From contig CALKTH010000005.1 of the NCBI GenBank assembly GCA_937997485.1, forward strand, positions 2,812-66,811: DNA of 64,000 nucleotides. The letters run 5' to 3'. Of the stretch, positions 1 through 8,375 are shown piece by piece. How positions within the stretch are numbered: position 1 is the first letter of the stretch; the number at the start of each line of letters is the position of its first letter. Made by a program: the position numbers and the translations under genes. The notes under the pieces were generated by a model, which ran no database searches, was not told the origin of the DNA, and saw nothing but the letters and a program-made list of their open reading frames with translations. This stretch comes from an uncultured Acidimicrobiales bacterium (lineage in GTDB: Bacteria > Actinomycetota > Acidimicrobiia > Acidimicrobiales > SZUA-35).

Positions 1-1398
1 GATCTGCTGCTTGAACGTCGGAAGGACTGAGCCTCTGGAGCCAAGCACGTTGCCGAAACGGACGGAGACGTAGGGGAGACCTGTGGTTTGTGCCATGCGA
101 GCAGTAAGACGCTCAGCGACGAGCTTTGTCGCGCCGAGAACGCTCGTGGGGTCCGCAGCCTTGTCGGTGCTGACGTTCACGAAACGGGCGACGCCGTGTG
201 CTCGAGCGGCCTCGAGCAAGTTGTTGGTGCCGAAGATGTTCGTCTTCACACCCTCCTGAGGGTGGTTCTCGAGCAGTGTCAGGTGCTTCAGCGCAGCGGT
301 ATGGAAGATCACTTCGGGCTTGCGGTCGGCGAAGATCTCGTTGATCCGCTCACCGTCTCGAATGTCGGCCACGAGGAGGTCTGGGGTGTCGAGCAGTGCC
401 TTGCCCTCGATGGAGAGCTGCACGCCGTGGAGCGCGGTTTCATCTCGGTCCAGCATCATCAGCTCGCTCGGGGCAAGGTGGAAGAGCTGACGGCAGAGCT
501 CGGAGCCGATCGATCCGCCAGCGCCGGTGACGAGCACGCGCTTCCCGGTGATGTAGTGGCTGATCGCGTCGAGATCAACGTTCACTTCTTCACGGCCCAG
601 AAGGTCAGCCTCGGTGGGTTCGCGAATGTCGCCAACATCGAGAAGTCCGAGAAGCTCGGACGTCGAAGGCAGCACTCGCACGTCGAGACCTGCCGCCTCG
701 GCGAGGTCGGAGAGTTCTCGGATGACGGAGCTGTTTGCTGAGGGGATGGCGATCAGGAACTGTTCGGCGTTGTAGCGGCGAGCGACAGCTGCGATGTCCT
801 TGCGGGTGCCCTGCACGGTCACTCCGTGATAGGTCCGGCGAGCGCGATCCGGTGAGTCGTCGAGCATGGCCACCGGGCGAAGCTCACTCCGCACGTCGAA
901 CTGCATGGACCGGATGATCTGTTCAGCGCCCAGGCCAGCGCCGAAGACGATCACGTTGGTTCGGGGCGCACCGCGGGCTTGCAGACGAAGCTGCTGCATC
1001 ACGCTCCAGATCAGACGAATGCCGAGCATGAGGAGCAGGGTGAGCGGAACAGCGGCAAGGAAGGCCAGCGTGGTGACCGGGCGGTTCAATACGAGGTAGT
1101 TGGCCAACGCCAGAAGCGGCACCACCAAGGCCCAGCCCCAGATCACCCGCACGGCGTCGAACGTCGAACCAATGCGGAACTGCTTGTCGCCCATGATGGG
1201 CAGGGCCGTTGCTGCCGTTTGCAGTAGGCCGGCCGTCGCAATCAAGAGGGCGAGTTGTACGTACTGGACGTCGCCCTCGGAGATTTGCAGGCGAATCATC
1301 GTGGCCGGGCCGAGGGCGACGGCCCACGCTCCCACGTCGAGGAGCACCAAAGCTGGGGAACGAAAACGAGTTGCCCCGTCCATCATTTTCTGCCGCAT
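1..1398 (-). CDS. CapD/PglF/WbpM-type nucleoside-diphosphate-sugar dehydratase, runs off left edge
   Basis: Not in ORF track. Manual translation gives an N-terminal TM region, VLVTGAGGSIGSELCRQ, STDKA and VSVRFGNVLGSRGSVLPTF. Confidence 0.93.
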   Translation of the reverse strand, partial: MRQKMMDGATRFRSPALVLLDVGAWAVALGPATMIRLQISEGDVQYVQLALLIATAGLLQTAATALPIMGDKQFRIGSTFDAVRVIWGWALVVPLLALANYLVLNRPVTTLAFLAAVPLTLLLMLGIRLIWSVMQQLRLQARGAPRTNVIVFGAGLGAEQIIRSMQFDVRSELRPVAMLDDSPDRARRTYHGVTVQGTRKDIAAVARRYNAEQFLIAIPSANSSVIRELSDLAEAAGLDVRVLPSTSELLGLLDVGDIREPTEADLLGREEVNVDLDAISHYITGKRVLVTGAGGSIGSELCRQLFHLAPSELMMLDRDETALHGVQLSIEGKALLDTPDLLVADIRDGERINEIFADRKPEVIFHTAALKHLTLLENHPQEGVKTNIFGTNNLLEAARAHGVARFVNVSTDKAADPTSVLGATKLVAERLTARMAQTTGLPYVSVRFGNVLGSRGSVLPTFKQQI

Positions 1399-1495
1399 GC
1401 CATACCCATCTGCCGCGAACGCGTACCGCTACACGCTCTCAAGTCCGCCCCAAGCGACTCGGCGTTTCCCTCCGCCGCGTCACCGCTTGATTGCC

Positions 1496-1600
1496 TGAAT
1501 CTAGCCCAATGTCGGACAGAACCGTTGGGGAAACCCCTAAGGGGGCACCTAGTTCCAATGGCCCTGCCGCTCGTCGCTCGAGTCGCTGCGGCTAGATTCA
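1496..1600. repeat. Perfect 11-bp inverted repeat in the divergent intergenic region
   Basis: TGAATCTAGCC (1496-1506) and GGCTAGATTCA (1590-1600), 83 bp apart. Confidence 0.7.
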
Positions 1601-1623
1601 CTGCATCGCCAAGGAGGCGCACT

Positions 1624-2613
1624 GTGAACTCGCCTGCATCTCTCGCATTTCCATCAGAGCCCATTGATCGCGCCGCCTCGATCTTCGTGGCTGGCCACCG
1701 GGGGCTCGTGGGCTCGGCGCTCATGCGCCAGCTCGAATCCGAGGGCTTCGCCAACGTCCTCACGGCCACTCGCCAGCAGCTCGATCTGCGAGACCAGGCC
1801 GCCGTCAGCGCCTGGTTCGAGGCCAACCGGCCCGAATACGTCTACCTGGTGGCCGGCACCGTGGGTGGTGTCTACGCCAACAGCACGCGGCCGGCCGAGT
1901 TCTTGTACGACAACCTGATGATCCATGGCACGGTTGTGCATTCGGCTCATCAAACCGGCACCAAGAAGCTCCTCTACCTGGGCTCCAGCTGCATCTACCC
2001 GCGGCATGCCTCTCAGCCGATCAGTGAAGATCAGCTCCTCACTGGCCCGCTCGAGCCCACGAACGAGAGCTACGCCCTGGCCAAGATCGCCGGCATCAAG
2101 CTCTGTTCCAGCTACCGGCGCCAATACGGGGCCGACTTCATCTCTGCCATGCCCACGAACCTCTACGGCCCTGGCGACAACTTCGACCTCGAGGCTTCGC
2201 ATGTCATCCCGGCGCTCATGCGCAAGTTCCACGACGCCAAGCTGGCTGGCGCCAGCGAAGTCAGCATCTGGGGCACCGGATCGGCGATGCGTGAGTTCTT
2301 GCACGTGGACGACCTCGCTCGAGCTTGCGTCTTCCTGATGGACAGCTATTCCGACGAACCCCACCTCAATGTGGGAACTGGTGAAGATCTCTCGATTCGC
2401 TCGCTGGCTGAGATGATTCGAGAGATCGTGCATCCCGAGGCCGAATTGGTGTTCGACACCTCGAAGCCGGATGGGATGCCCCGCAAAGTGCTCGACGTGT
2501 CCGCCTTGCATGACCAGGGCTGGAAGCACAGTGTCGAGCTGCGAGACGGTCTCGTCGAGACCTACCGCTGGTTCGTCGAGCATTACGCCGACGCTCGCGG
2601 AGTTCAGAACTGA
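1624..2613 (+). CDS. fcl: GDP-L-fucose synthase
   Basis: IFVAGHRGLVGSA, LGSSCIYP, YALAKIAG, MPTNLYGPGDNF, REFLHVDD; GTG start after AAGGAGG. Confidence 0.95.
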   Translation: MNSPASLAFPSEPIDRAASIFVAGHRGLVGSALMRQLESEGFANVLTATRQQLDLRDQAAVSAWFEANRPEYVYLVAGTVGGVYANSTRPAEFLYDNLMIHGTVVHSAHQTGTKKLLYLGSSCIYPRHASQPISEDQLLTGPLEPTNESYALAKIAGIKLCSSYRRQYGADFISAMPTNLYGPGDNFDLEASHVIPALMRKFHDAKLAGASEVSIWGTGSAMREFLHVDDLARACVFLMDSYSDEPHLNVGTGEDLSIRSLAEMIREIVHPEAELVFDTSKPDGMPRKVLDVSALHDQGWKHSVELRDGLVETYRWFVEHYADARGVQN

Positions 2614-2645
2614 GGTAACCAGCACCCCGGCGCTTCCAAGGGAGA

Positions 2646-3458
2646 CTAGAAGGCGCCGGGGCTACCGGTCAGCAAGTGACCCGCAGTGCGAGCCACGATC
2701 TGTACATCGCCCGAGAGTGAGCGATTGCGGATGTAGTGAAGGTCGAGCGGGATGCGCTCGTCGAAGGTCATGAGGTTGCGGCCGCTGATCTGCCAGAGGC
2801 CGGTGCAGCCGCCCTTGACTCGGGCCAGCTCCGGGCCGTGATGGCCCACCATGTCGAGTTCCTCTTCCAGCATGGGACGAGGGCCAACGATGCTCATCGT
2901 CCCGCCGATCACGTTGAACAACTGGGGGAGCTCGTCGAGGCTCGTCCGTCGGATGAAGCGACCCACACGGGTGATGCGGGGATCGTTGGTGAGCTTGCGG
3001 TTCTTCGCATACTCGGCCGCCCGCTCCGGAAACTCGGCGAAGTGCTTGGCCAGCACCTCGTCGCCGTTCGAAACCATGGAACGGAACTTCAGCATCGGAA
3101 ACACCGCGCCGCCCCTGGTGACACGGCGGTTGCGATAGATGACCGGCCCGCGGGAAGTGACAGACACGAGCACGGCAACAATCGCCATCACCGGGAGCAG
3201 CACGATCGCGGCCGGAATGGCGACGGCAAGATCGAACGCCCTCACGCTCGCTCTTGTGTGCCAGGCAACCGGGCGCACTAATGGCTGGACGGAGGCCTCG
3301 ACCTCGGCACTCGCCGGGTCCAGGACCAGCCGCAGCGCAGGGGGTCTCTCCCCGAGCACCGCTACATCATCAAGAGATCGAATTGAAGCCACGAAGGCCC
3401 TCCGCCATTTCCGCCTGAGCCGATGTCCCTCAAGGGCTCTTGGGGAGGATGAAATCAC
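2646..3458 (-). CDS. Priming sugar transferase (WbaP/ExoY-type phosphoglycosyltransferase)
   Basis: KFRSM, DPRITRVGRFIRRTSLDELPQLFNV, MSIVGPRP, TGLWQISGR; start uncertain. Confidence 0.92.
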   Translation of the reverse strand: MISSSPRALEGHRLRRKWRRAFVASIRSLDDVAVLGERPPALRLVLDPASAEVEASVQPLVRPVAWHTRASVRAFDLAVAIPAAIVLLPVMAIVAVLVSVTSRGPVIYRNRRVTRGGAVFPMLKFRSMVSNGDEVLAKHFAEFPERAAEYAKNRKLTNDPRITRVGRFIRRTSLDELPQLFNVIGGTMSIVGPRPMLEEELDMVGHHGPELARVKGGCTGLWQISGRNLMTFDERIPLDLHYIRNRSLSGDVQIVARTAGHLLTGSPGAF

Positions 3459-3567
3459 GGTTCGCGGTGCTTGTCGACGCTCAAGAGCGCAATGGGGGGT
3501 TGTCCCCGAGACCCCCTATCCGCTGAGGGGAGATCCCCCAGGTTTCGGGGTGCAAAAGGAGGTTGTT

Positions 3568-3633
3568 GTGGGTGGATTTTCCCAAGGCGACGTGCCCAAT
3601 GGCACTTGGCGTGCGTCCCCTGAGGACAACTAG
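3568..3633 (+). CDS. Candidate 21-aa micro-ORF (MGGFSQGDVPNGTWRASPEDN)
   Basis: AAGGAGG at 3556-3562, GTG at 3568, TAG at 3631-3633; 27 nt upstream of the PqqD gene. No homology evidence. Confidence 0.25.
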   Translation: MGGFSQGDVPNGTWRASPEDN

Positions 3634-3660
3634 TCTCGCAATTGACAGTTGGAGGGAAAC

Positions 3661-3933
3661 ATGGTGGATCTGCAGAAGACATACGCCATCTCGGGCGACG
3701 CTCTGGCACGGAAGGTCGGTGACGAACTCGTCATCATGGACCTCGCTGGTGAGGAGTACTTCTCGCTCAATCAGGCCGGGCGGAAAGTGTGGGAGGGGCT
3801 GTCGCAACAGCAGACGCTGTCTGTGGTTGTCGACGCCTTGGTCGAGCAGTTCGACGTCTCACGAGAGACCGCAGCCCACGACGTGCTCGCCGTAACGCGA
3901 GAGTTGCTCAGCGCCGGCCTTGTCGTCGAGTGA
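3661..3933 (+). CDS. PqqD-family protein / RiPP recognition element (lasso B1-like)
   Basis: 90 aa; RKVGDELVIMD...YFSLNQAGRKVWEGL...LVEQFDVSRETAAHDV...LLSAGLV; SD GGAGGG. Confidence 0.92.
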   Translation: MVDLQKTYAISGDALARKVGDELVIMDLAGEEYFSLNQAGRKVWEGLSQQQTLSVVVDALVEQFDVSRETAAHDVLAVTRELLSAGLVVE

Positions 3934-3949
3934 CCTCAGGTCAACTCGT

Positions 3950-5092
3950 CTACAGCTTCGCCTGACGCGCTCGTTGCACCGCGGCTGTGACAGCCCGCGT
4001 CACCTTGGCCGGGTCAGCGTCAGGGAACGCCTCTTTCGCCAGGGCGCTGATCGACGCAATCGATCCGCCTCGATCGTGCTCGTCGAGCACCAAGCGTTCG
4101 AGGCGACCGCGCTCGCCTGTCGGCTCCACGCGCTGCGCGTCGACCTCACGCACGTCGTCGGTGCTGAGGAACCTCCCGAGGAACGTCGAGTGGGTCTGCG
4201 AATACAGACGTTCGCCTCCGGCTGACGTGACAGCGATCTTCCACGTGGCCGTGTACGTCGTGGGAGCGATGCGGGAGGAGAACTGGACCTGGTCTCCCTC
4301 GTCCACCGCTACGGAGCGGCTGAGGGGAAACGACGTTTGCCACCGCCGAAGCATCCGGTCCGGATCGGCAGGATCATTCGTCATGGCGACACCGGATGCC
4401 ATCTGCGCTCGGAAGTAGCCAACGACGGCGTGGAGTTCGCCAGCTTTCTCGATCGTCATCTCTGCTGCGGTGTCGAACGGTGCGTCGCTCGAGGCTGCAA
4501 CCCGGCCGGCCGCAACCCCGGAGCCCAGGAGCGCCTCATCGTCCAGATGCACCGTATGAAGCAGGTTCGCTCCATGCTGCGCTGCGGGCGAGAGGTCGAA
4601 TCCGAGCGGTGCTGAACGCCAGAACTCGATGTTCTCACTGACCTCGGGAAGTGTGACCGGGGCTGCGAACAACTCGAACTCGGCCGGCACGGTGACGACG
4701 TCGGGAGTGCCGAACCTGCGAACCGCATCGGCGTAGTACTGGTTCACGCCAGCGTCATAGGCAAAGCCGCCGATCTGATCACCGACGATGACATCCACCT
4801 TCTCCGGAAGGTTCACCGAGGTTGAGAACCCGTGGAGGGGAACGATCACGTCTCCCAACCCGTTCGCCTCGATCAGTTCCTCGATGAGGCCAATGATCGA
4901 GCCACCGTCGACCGAGTACACGCGCTTGGCGCCGGCCTTCGCTGCAAGGAAGCCGAGCAGGCACGTGCCTGATCCGAGGTCGAGCACCACCGAGTCCTTG
5001 GTGATGACCTTCGCAAACGCCGCTTTGTAGGCCTCGACCTTCGGGCCGTCATCCCAGTACGAGCGGTGTTCCTTGAGTTCACTGACCGTCAT
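3950..5092 (-). CDS. SAM-dependent methyltransferase with protein-arginine-methyltransferase (PRMT)-like architecture
   Basis: VLDLGSGT, AAKAGAKRVYSVD, LPEKVDVIVGDQIG, ELHAVVGYFRAQ and RRWQTSF are collinear with PRMT motifs I, post-I, II, double-E loop, beta-barrel and THW loop. Confidence 0.82.
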   Translation of the reverse strand: MTVSELKEHRSYWDDGPKVEAYKAAFAKVITKDSVVLDLGSGTCLLGFLAAKAGAKRVYSVDGGSIIGLIEELIEANGLGDVIVPLHGFSTSVNLPEKVDVIVGDQIGGFAYDAGVNQYYADAVRRFGTPDVVTVPAEFELFAAPVTLPEVSENIEFWRSAPLGFDLSPAAQHGANLLHTVHLDDEALLGSGVAAGRVAASSDAPFDTAAEMTIEKAGELHAVVGYFRAQMASGVAMTNDPADPDRMLRRWQTSFPLSRSVAVDEGDQVQFSSRIAPTTYTATWKIAVTSAGGERLYSQTHSTFLGRFLSTDDVREVDAQRVEPTGERGRLERLVLDEHDRGGSIASISALAKEAFPDADPAKVTRAVTAAVQRARQAKL

Positions 5093-5098
5093 GGTTCC

Positions 5099-6817
5099 TC
5101 ACTTGCTGAGTTGTGCTCGATCGCCGCTGGGGGCGAGATGGAGTGTGGTGGTTGGCGTCAGCGCCCCGTCGTTCGATTCGTGATGTGTGACCAGCACCGA
5201 GGCCCGCTGCTCGGAGGGCTCGAGCAGAAGACTCCGGATTGCTTCTTGGCTCGCTGCGTCTTGCATCGACGTGGGCTCGTCCAGAATGAGCAACGCCGAA
5301 TGCTGCTGATAGAGCGCCCGGGCAAGCGTGAGCCGTTGCCACTGCCCGCTGCTGAATTCGCGCCCACCCTCGAACTGGCGCCCCAAGCGCTGCGAGCTTC
5401 CGTCAGTTGTCGTCTCGATGAAGGCATCGGCGGTCGATCTTCTGAGCGCATCCGTGACGCGCTCCAGGTCCGGCACCTGGTCCTCGGCCCCAATGGCCCG
5501 ATCGAGAGGGATCTCGAAACGGGTGATGTCTTGGAACTGGGCACTGGTCATCTCTCGCAGCCGCTTTCGTGCGACATCACCGGTGTCGCCGTTGTCGAAG
5601 ACGATTCGGCCGGTCGTGGGCTCCAAGAGGCCCGAGAGCAACGACATCAACGTGCTCTTGCCGGAGCCGTTCGGACCCCGGACGACCATGAGCTCCCCCG
5701 GTCGCAGCGCGAATGAAACGGGCTCCAAGGCGTTGACAGTCGTCCCTGGATAGCGGAACGACACGTCCTCAAACCGCAGCTCTACAAAGGATCCGCCGCG
5801 CTCCTGGCCGGTCGCATGGGCGAAGAGATCTCCCTCAACTTCGGCTGTCCACGTCAGGTAGTTGTCCAGATGCATCCCCGCTTCTCGCAGATCCACCGAG
5901 CTGCTGGTCAACGCACGGAGGCGGCTGAAGAGCTGGAGCAGGGCGACGACAACCACCCCGCCCTCGGCCAAGGAGATCGAACCGTTCGAGATCGCCCGCA
6001 GGCCCCAGGCTGTTGCCCCTGCGAGCACCACGATGAGGAAGAGATCGCTGAGCATCGCGAGACCAACACGACGCTGAGCCTGAGAGCGGATGCCGTTCAA
6101 GATCTGCGTTGCCAAGCGTTCGTGATCGGGGAACAGCGATTGGCCCAGGCGGTAGAGGCGGGCCTCCTTCGCCGATCGGCGGGAAGAGACGATGGAGATG
6201 ATCTGGTTCCGTTCACGGCGGAGCGCTGTCTGCTCTGCGTAAATCCCGTAGCGAATGCGGGCGATTCTGCTGAGCGTCCAAGCCGAGGGAGCGACCGCAG
6301 CGACGCCGACAAGGACGATCGCCGGGCTGATCGACCACAACACGGCGCCGATCGCTGCGGCCGAGACGATCGAGCGGACGGCCTCGAACAGTCCCCGTGT
6401 CAGATACCAGGTGCGGCCGGAGACCTCCTCATGGGCCCGACGCATGTTGTCGTGGAACTCTGCGTCGTCGAACTCGGTCAACTCAGCAGCGAGGGCTCGC
6501 CGGGCGATTCCGCGATCAACTTCGAAGGTCAGTTTCGTTGAGAGAAGCCAGACCAGCTCGGTGGAAACGGCCGAGGCAGCTCGGGAGAAAAGAAGCAGCC
6601 CCGCAACGCCGAGCGCAGAAGGGAGCGCATCGAGGGCGTCGGCCGCCTGTGCCTCGTTGCCGGTGAGCACATCGAGGACACGCTTCAGCAAGAAGAGCTG
6701 GGCCACCGTCGCCACAACGTTGGAAATCTGCAGGATGAGGCCCCAGGTCAGCTCACGCGGCGCGGCATCGGCCGTCAACTTGATGGCAGCTCTCAGCGTT
6801 CGCATCAACGCGTTCAT
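5099..6817 (-). CDS. ABC exporter, fused permease/ATPase (peptide-exporter-like)
   Basis: Multiple TM helices, Walker A GPNGSGKST, signature FSSGQWQR, Walker B LLILDE. Confidence 0.92.
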   Translation of the reverse strand: MNALMRTLRAAIKLTADAAPRELTWGLILQISNVVATVAQLFLLKRVLDVLTGNEAQAADALDALPSALGVAGLLLFSRAASAVSTELVWLLSTKLTFEVDRGIARRALAAELTEFDDAEFHDNMRRAHEEVSGRTWYLTRGLFEAVRSIVSAAAIGAVLWSISPAIVLVGVAAVAPSAWTLSRIARIRYGIYAEQTALRRERNQIISIVSSRRSAKEARLYRLGQSLFPDHERLATQILNGIRSQAQRRVGLAMLSDLFLIVVLAGATAWGLRAISNGSISLAEGGVVVVALLQLFSRLRALTSSSVDLREAGMHLDNYLTWTAEVEGDLFAHATGQERGGSFVELRFEDVSFRYPGTTVNALEPVSFALRPGELMVVRGPNGSGKSTLMSLLSGLLEPTTGRIVFDNGDTGDVARKRLREMTSAQFQDITRFEIPLDRAIGAEDQVPDLERVTDALRRSTADAFIETTTDGSSQRLGRQFEGGREFSSGQWQRLTLARALYQQHSALLILDEPTSMQDAASQEAIRSLLLEPSEQRASVLVTHHESNDGALTPTTTLHLAPSGDRAQLSK

Positions 6818-6848
6818 CGACCCTCCGCCCGTGACGCCATGGGACAGA

Positions 6849-7352
6849 GTGAACTACTCTCCGCGGGTTCGCAAGCACATCGTGAAGGCAGCATTCGTGG
6901 CAAGACGCTTTTCGTTGCCCATGTGGGCCTATTTCAGTGCCAGCCTCGTGCTCTTGCCGGTCGTCCGTGTCGCCATTGCGTTCGTCGGTGTTCAGAGAAC
7001 AGCGGGTTGGGTGAAGGCGCTCTCGCGATTCTCGGTCGGCCCCTTTGGCGATCAGATCTTGGTGTCGACGCAACTTCACCGCGTCGTCGATGTCGCCGGC
7101 CGTAGAGGTCCGATCAAGGCGACGTGTGTGCCGCAGAGTCTCGTTCTGTGGTGGCTTCTCGCTGTTCGAGGGGTTGAGGCGTCGGTCCGAATCGGATCGA
7201 TTGGAGATGCCGCTTCCTTCACAGCCCACGCCTGGGTCGAGGTTGACGGCAGTGCATTCGGTCGAGGAGAGCACGAACCGTTCGGTGCGTTCGACCTCAT
7301 GAGTCGAACCCACACGCCCGGTCAAGCCCTCAAGGTCGACGTTGATGGCTGA
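6849..7352 (+). CDS. Lasso peptide biosynthesis B2-type cysteine protease (transglutaminase-like)
   Basis: TCVPQSLVLWWLL...VRIG...FTAHAWVEVDG with Cys/His/acidic residues; start could also be 6882 or 6921. Confidence 0.88.
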   Translation: MNYSPRVRKHIVKAAFVARRFSLPMWAYFSASLVLLPVVRVAIAFVGVQRTAGWVKALSRFSVGPFGDQILVSTQLHRVVDVAGRRGPIKATCVPQSLVLWWLLAVRGVEASVRIGSIGDAASFTAHAWVEVDGSAFGRGEHEPFGAFDLMSRTHTPGQALKVDVDG

Positions 7353-8319
7353 GCGCAAGCTGGACGGTGCGACCGGTGCGACCGGTGCCCAAGACCCGCT
7401 CGCCCCGCTCCTGAGCGTTGCTGTCCCGCAGGAGGTCGAGGCTCACCTCCCGTTTGAGTTTGATGCCGGTGCGGTACCGGACATCCAGGTCGAACTCGTC
7501 GATGAGCTCCGGATGCCGATTGTCGAGCCGTACTACGACGGCTACGTCACCTACGGGTCGGTTGTCGACGGCTTCATACCCATGCATGCCGAGGACGAGC
7601 ACTTCGAGATAGCGCTCGATGGCAGCATCGCCCGACTCCCTCGGCCCAGCGACGGTCCCCTCCGCGTTCGGACGATCAGCTGTCTCCTCAACTTCGTGTT
7701 GCCGATGGCGTTCAACTTGGCGGGCCAGACGATTTATCACGGTGCCCTGGTCCGTCGCCCGGACGGCAGTTCGCTGCTTCTCGTTGGCGGCTCGGGAGCA
7801 GGAAAGTCCACGCTCTCACTGGCCGCTTCCCGAAGTCCTGGGTGGAGCGTGGTCTCCGACGATCTCGTGCTGATCCGGCGCAATGAAAGCGGCCGATTCT
7901 TCGGCGGGCCCCTCTATCGAACGGGGATCCGTGTCGTTGACGACTCACTCGATGCAGTTCTCGGCCCCGAAAGCGGAGCAGGTCCAAACGAGGCGCACTG
8001 GAAGAACTTTGTCGACCCGTCTCACGAGGGACTTCGGTTCGACTTCGGCTTCCATCCCATTGATGCCGTCGTCCTCCTCCGGCGTTTCTCGGACACGGCG
8101 CACTCGATCGATGCTCAGCGCAGTTCGCCGGGCGCGGCGCTGACCACGCTGCTCGGGCAGCTGATGCAGGCACCGGCACTCGGTCGACTGGCCGAGACAA
8201 CTCGTTTCAACGTGACGGCCGACATTCTCGAGCAGGCCCCGTGTTGGGATCTCGCGTATCCGAGCGACTTCACCAGGATTCCCGAGGTGCTCGAAGCCCT
8301 TCAGGCGCTCGCCGAGTAA
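7345..8319 (+). CDS. HPr-kinase-like kinase (lasso-peptide-kinase type)
   Basis: YHGALV, Walker A GGSGAGKST, VVSDD; ATG overlaps B2 stop (ATGGCTGA). Confidence 0.85.
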   Translation: MAERKLDGATGATGAQDPLAPLLSVAVPQEVEAHLPFEFDAGAVPDIQVELVDELRMPIVEPYYDGYVTYGSVVDGFIPMHAEDEHFEIALDGSIARLPRPSDGPLRVRTISCLLNFVLPMAFNLAGQTIYHGALVRRPDGSSLLLVGGSGAGKSTLSLAASRSPGWSVVSDDLVLIRRNESGRFFGGPLYRTGIRVVDDSLDAVLGPESGAGPNEAHWKNFVDPSHEGLRFDFGFHPIDAVVLLRRFSDTAHSIDAQRSSPGAALTTLLGQLMQAPALGRLAETTRFNVTADILEQAPCWDLAYPSDFTRIPEVLEALQALAE

Positions 8320-8375
8320 CTGCGGCAGCCAAGTTGCGAGTACCGATCCCCGGGTGCGGTGATGCGTCGGAATGA

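Noticed and set aside
1255-1623. 123-aa N-terminal extension of Fcl
   Set aside because: It overlaps the divergent capD gene, and a good SD precedes GTG 1624.
3642-3647. Perfect TTGACA as the -35 box of the pqqD promoter
   Set aside because: Only 13 nt before the ATG, so the -10 box would fall inside the gene.
3661-3933. PQQ biosynthesis operon
   Set aside because: No pqqB/C/E; the neighbours are lasso-type B2 and kinase.
3950-5092. Ribosomal protein L11 methyltransferase PrmA
   Set aside because: The SAM domain is N-terminal and followed by a PRMT-like barrel; PrmA has the opposite layout.
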